A stretch of DNA of 64,000 bases, from positions 167,460-231,459 of the IMG/VR virus record IMGVR_UViG_3300013121_000027; one strand, written 5' to 3'. How positions within the stretch are numbered: position 1 is the first letter of the stretch; each line of letters opens with the position of its first letter. A program made the translations under genes and the position numbers. Source of the DNA: a virus. Taxonomy: Duplodnaviria; Caudoviricetes. Of the stretch, positions 60,126-64,000 are shown in pieces. Below the pieces are notes generated by a model. The model did no database searches and was not told where the DNA came from. It saw only the letters and a list, made by a program, of their open reading frames with translations.

Positions 60126-62816
60126 ATGTCAACGCAAGTACAACTCCGTAATGGTCGGTGGCTTGAAGCTACCGCACTGCCTGGAGATTTGTTTGAGGCA
60201 ATTCTCGCTTCAGGCAAGAGCAAGATCTATCCCATGAGCGAGCTTCGTGCTGTGCTCACGGATGGACAGGAAGAGGTCATCCCCAACAAGAAGGAGGAGA
60301 AGATGACCAACTACATCAACCACTACCTGCACAGGTTGGCGTTCACGGATGATGATGGTGAGCAGTTCGCTGCCATCGTCCGTGCTCTGACCAGCAATGT
60401 GCCTGATGCCACCAAGGCTGACTACCTGGCGTCAGTCGAGAGCAAGACTGTGGTGAACAACGTCCTCGCCCTCAATTCGGGCAACTGGATGTTCCACCTG
60501 CTCAAGGCTCGTCTGGAGCAGTGCCACGTGAACTTCAAGACCTGGGTGATCAAGCTCAGGACTCAGGATGACGTGTATGGCTTGGACAACATGTCCGCTG
60601 CCAAGCGTCAGGAACTCATCGATGGTTCTACGTTCTGCTACGCCAACGCGGATTACGCCTTCTTCTTCAAGGTGGAAGGTGTTCCCGAGTTCGGTCTGCA
60701 CCTGATGGGACTGAACATCACCCATGCCAAGAAGAGTGCCAAGCGCCTGCAGGAGCTGTTCCGTCAGGTGGAGGCATTTCTGCATCTGGAGGGTGAGGAT
60801 CAGAAGAGTCTGACGTGGGATTTCAATCCGCGTCTGGACCTGGCTGGTGATGAGGTCAAGCGCTATGACGGCAAGACTTACATCCGTCAGTCCTTCGCCC
60901 TGCGCATGGCTGAGAACATCAGCGATCTCATCCGCCGGGCGAGCGTCATCAGGGCGATCCGGTCGCGCAAGTTGGTTCACATCACCATCCGCATCCTGAC
61001 TCCTCAAGGTCTGCTCAAGGGCGATGCTGTCATCGTTCCTGACAACCAGATCAGTGCGGACATCTCCACTGTGAGCGAAAATGTCAAGGGTGAGCTGTTC
61101 ACCAATGACTTCACTTTCGCCTGCATGTGGGAGCATGCCATGGTGCACAACGCGGTGTGGGACGACCAGAGTGCGATCAACTTTGGTTATGCCCTCTCCG
61201 AGCAGGCTCAGATCAGCGACATCATCCGTCTGGTGGAGAATCTTCGCAATGCCATCCAGACAGGTGAGCTCCCTGAGTGGCTGCTCCTCGGTGAAGATGG
61301 ACACGGTGATGATGGGCTGCCCAGCGTTGAGAAGCTGAGCGACACCATCAACAAGAGCTGGGTCCGCTTCCAGGCGTTCGGGTTGGACATCAAGGCAGCA
61401 CAGAATCTGCTGTACATGGCGCTCAACGGCGTCATCCTGCGCATGATCCGCGCTGGTATGACAAAGGAAGGGTTCTACCGCAAGATGTGGATCCCCATGA
61501 CCAATGCGTGTTTGCTCACGATCAACACATGGGAATCGGCTACCCGCGTTGGAGGGTTCAACTTCCATGGTCGCAACAAGAACATCGCGTTCTACGATCC
61601 TCGTTGCGGCTTCGTGATCAGCAGCCAGCGCTTCATCGAGACCTACCATCTCCATGGTGGTTGGGATCTGGATGACAGTGTGAAGGTCATCTTGGTGAAG
61701 GTGTTCTGCAGTGATGCGGAAATCCTGACCCAGCATGTCCACAAGACTGTCCCTGGTGAGATCGAGTACCCCACCAGTGCCGACGATGCCAAGTTGATGG
61801 TGCTGTTGGTCCGTTCTCCCAACGGTCCGGGCGAATGGAGCATCGAGGAGTGCGATATCACCTCCCTGCCCATCCCGCAGGACTTCCGTCATGACGACAT
61901 CACGGTTATCGACATCGCCAAGATGCCGTTGCCTCAGGATGTCATGCTGGCGCAGGTTGGTCCGATCGCAGGATTCACCTCCAACATGAAGTACACTGGT
62001 CTTGAAATGACCAGGGCTGAAGGTGAACTCATGGTCAATGCTCAGATGTCCAACCCCGGTGTTGGTGAGTACTGCAACGGGATGATGTGGTGGGCATTGA
62101 TCAAGCCTGGTTCCTTCCCGCCCATCATGAATGCCAAGATGGAGGAAGTGGTGGACACCAGTCAGCAGGAGCATGATGCAGTGAAGTTCGCTGCCATCAA
62201 GGCTGAGACTGATCTCATCATCAAGCAGGCTCTTGCCACCAATCTGCCCGTCGATGCAGCGTTTGCATCCACCAGGATGTCCTTCACGAACATGATGAAG
62301 GTCCGACTGGTCAAGGGTCGTTTCTACCGTGTCCAGCACGAGTACAAGAAGGCGATCGAGACCATGCGGACTGAACTCCGTGACCACACGCTGCAGATGC
62401 GTGCTGCGGATCCGACGGTCCAGGCTGTCAAGCACATGCGGTTCGGTGACGAGTTGTTCCAGTGGGCTGAGCACTTCTATGTGTCCAACTCGCAGGCAAT
62501 GACCAGCACCGATCGTGCGTACGAAGTCAGCCCCAAGGACCATCCGTTCCACAAGATGGAGATGGCTCGCCTGCACAAGGAAGCAATGGAAGAGATCGTG
62601 GCTTCCATGGTCAAGGAACTGGATGATTTCGGTGACGAAACCAACAACCATGTCCTGGCGCTGTGGAAGTACATCAACCACTCCACCCGTCGCTTCCCCA
62701 TGGGTGTCTCGGATCGCATCGTCTTCCACCCCAACAAGACGGGTGAGCGGTCGGTCATGGACGTCCTCATCGAGGCGCTGCTGGCTGTCAACCTGGCGGT
62801 CAAGCCCAGTAAGTGA
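60126..62816 (+). CDS. Single-chain RNA polymerase-like protein (RdRP/YonO-type), candidate non-virion RNAP (896 aa)
   Basis: AGGAGG RBS at ATG 60126. Motifs in order: AKRLQELF, RYDGKTYI, TIRILTPQGLLKGDA, LHGGWDLDD (61650-61676), VRSPNGPGE, GVGEYCN, EEVVD. Confidence 0.8.
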   Translation: MSTQVQLRNGRWLEATALPGDLFEAILASGKSKIYPMSELRAVLTDGQEEVIPNKKEEKMTNYINHYLHRLAFTDDDGEQFAAIVRALTSNVPDATKADYLASVESKTVVNNVLALNSGNWMFHLLKARLEQCHVNFKTWVIKLRTQDDVYGLDNMSAAKRQELIDGSTFCYANADYAFFFKVEGVPEFGLHLMGLNITHAKKSAKRLQELFRQVEAFLHLEGEDQKSLTWDFNPRLDLAGDEVKRYDGKTYIRQSFALRMAENISDLIRRASVIRAIRSRKLVHITIRILTPQGLLKGDAVIVPDNQISADISTVSENVKGELFTNDFTFACMWEHAMVHNAVWDDQSAINFGYALSEQAQISDIIRLVENLRNAIQTGELPEWLLLGEDGHGDDGLPSVEKLSDTINKSWVRFQAFGLDIKAAQNLLYMALNGVILRMIRAGMTKEGFYRKMWIPMTNACLLTINTWESATRVGGFNFHGRNKNIAFYDPRCGFVISSQRFIETYHLHGGWDLDDSVKVILVKVFCSDAEILTQHVHKTVPGEIEYPTSADDAKLMVLLVRSPNGPGEWSIEECDITSLPIPQDFRHDDITVIDIAKMPLPQDVMLAQVGPIAGFTSNMKYTGLEMTRAEGELMVNAQMSNPGVGEYCNGMMWWALIKPGSFPPIMNAKMEEVVDTSQQEHDAVKFAAIKAETDLIIKQALATNLPVDAAFASTRMSFTNMMKVRLVKGRFYRVQHEYKKAIETMRTELRDHTLQMRAADPTVQAVKHMRFGDELFQWAEHFYVSNSQAMTSTDRAYEVSPKDHPFHKMEMARLHKEAMEEIVASMVKELDDFGDETNNHVLALWKYINHSTRRFPMGVSDRIVFHPNKTGERSVMDVLIEALLAVNLAVKPSK

Positions 62817-62826
62817 CAATCGGATT

Positions 62827-62870
62827 AGGGGTGTATATATGGTTTCGGCTGTGTATACACCCCTTTTCCC
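62827..62870 (+). terminator. 17-bp hairpin (terminator or processing site) after the RNAP gene
   Basis: AGGGGTGTATATATGGT-TTCG-GCTGTGTATACACCCCT followed by TTT. Confidence 0.65.
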
Positions 62871-62913
62871 TCGTTTTTCGCAATACACACACTCAAACAC
62901 AAGGAGCAATGTC

Positions 62914-63405
62914 ATGCAATACGTAACTGTCCCCGCAATTGGTTCATCGAAGTACAACGCTGTTTGCATGCCCAACGGCGTGATCGCAGTCACATACGGA
63001 CTCAAGAATCTGCTCACCGAGGAAGAGCTGGAAGCTGTTCTCCTTCACGAGAAGGGGCACAAGGAAGGAGAGGATGCCCAGATCACAATGATCATCGCGT
63101 GCATCATGACCATCCTCTGGGTGATCGTGCTCAAGAAGAAGGGCTACAAGAAGAGCATCATGTTCAATTATCTCGGCATGATCCCAACAGCCTTCCTCAA
63201 CTGGGGCATGGAACTCAATGCCGACGCCTATGTAGTGGCTCACGGCAATGGAGAAGACCTCATTTCCGCCCTTGAGAAGATCGATGCAGCCAACCACATG
63301 AATGTATGGTGGAAGCAGGCAATCGGAAGTCTCAAGCACCCGCCGACAACCTTGAGGGCAATGCACATCCGCGAAGAAATCGCATCACTGAATGGAGGTA
63401 AGTGA
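62914..63405 (+). CDS. M48/HtpX-like membrane zinc metalloprotease
   Basis: NA..., ELEAVLLHEKGH, TM segments, ELNAD and HPP...R. Confidence 0.85.
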   Translation: MQYVTVPAIGSSKYNAVCMPNGVIAVTYGLKNLLTEEELEAVLLHEKGHKEGEDAQITMIIACIMTILWVIVLKKKGYKKSIMFNYLGMIPTAFLNWGMELNADAYVVAHGNGEDLISALEKIDAANHMNVWWKQAIGSLKHPPTTLRAMHIREEIASLNGGK

Positions 63406-63406
63406 A

Positions 63407-63868
63407 ATGACTAACAAGAGAGCACAACGCAAAGCGGAAAAGCTGGTTGAGTGGTTCCTCACCCAGATTCCAGAAGGAGAAGGTTGGTGGATCTATATCG
63501 GTGGTCCAATCGCCAACGCTCTCACTGACAAGAAGGCAGCAGTTGCTTTCTGCGAGACTGAGCTCTTGATTCTGGATGGGCAATTTGTCCATGCCATGAA
63601 GGGCACTGTGCTGGTGCATGGTGGATTGTGCGAACATTTCCCCTACAAGGAGATGCAAGCATGTATACTCCATGAGATTGGTCATCTTCTCTATGGTAAG
63701 TCAGAGAGGGACGCTGATCAGCATGTAGTCGATAGCGGTATGGGTAATGAGATGGCGGATTTTCTCGACAGACTCTTCACCATCGTCCCCATCGACATGG
63801 CTGTGTACGAAAAGGATTACGGCATCCACGAAGTTCGTATTGCCCATTTGAGAGGAGGAAAGTCATGA
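63407..63868 (+). CDS. Second M48-like zinc metalloprotease (soluble)
   Basis: ILHEIGH, ERDAD and a C-terminal R. Confidence 0.75.
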   Translation: MTNKRAQRKAEKLVEWFLTQIPEGEGWWIYIGGPIANALTDKKAAVAFCETELLILDGQFVHAMKGTVLVHGGLCEHFPYKEMQACILHEIGHLLYGKSERDADQHVVDSGMGNEMADFLDRLFTIVPIDMAVYEKDYGIHEVRIAHLRGGKS

Positions 63869-64000
63869 AGAAGATCATGGGTACTGGGTCACGCTCAATG
63901 GTGACTCATCCAGATGCCAAGATCATCTACGCCAATCTGGAAGCCAAGATTCTCCAGATAGCGGAAAAGGAAGAAGTCATGCTGATCACAGGCATGGCTG
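63865..64000 (+). CDS. SLOG/YspA-like protein, 3'-partial
   Basis: KIMGTGSR...LITGMA; GAGGAGG RBS. Confidence 0.5.
   Translation, partial: MKKIMGTGSRSMVTHPDAKIIYANLEAKILQIAEKEEVMLITGMA

Noticed and set aside
60432-63017. 861-aa minus-strand ORF and other long antisense ORFs in 56-64 kb
   Set aside because: These are shadows of GC3-biased plus-strand genes, with no RBS or motifs.
1-64000. Stop-codon reassignment
   Set aside because: Standard-code ORFs tile the window densely. The only apparent gap (1-3595) is an edge-truncated ORF.

Overview
This is a 64-kb piece of a large tailed-phage genome; two sheath-like genes point to a contractile tail. Positions ~1-53.5 kb are an AT-rich, minus-strand morphogenesis block. 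It holds a Clp-like ATPase, candidate ejected proteins, large terminase, FN3/LamG fibre proteins, portal, a glycosyltransferase, protease-scaffold, capsid, neck, two sheaths, three tube paralogs, two chaperones and a tape-measure-like protein. recA and peptide deformylase follow on the plus strand. At ~55.9 kb the sequence turns abruptly GC-rich, with short plus-strand 'early-type' genes separated by dense RNA structure. The main finding is a pair of paralogous single-chain RNA-polymerase-like genes of the RdRP/YonO type, both with an atypical LHGGxDLDD motif. One (<1-3595, absent from the ORF track because it runs off the window edge) sits in the tail module next to the tape-measure-like gene and is a candidate virion RNAP. 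The other (60126-62816) lies in the early region. Other findings: a compact group I intron with a LAGLIDADG ORF splits the tail-tube gene; two anticodon-less tRNA mimics and several Shine-Dalgarno-in-loop hairpins occur in the early region; a TACTATA motif precedes late genes; and the tripeptide Ala-Thr-Pro is strongly enriched in virion proteins. All calls come from reading motifs by eye; no database searches were run.
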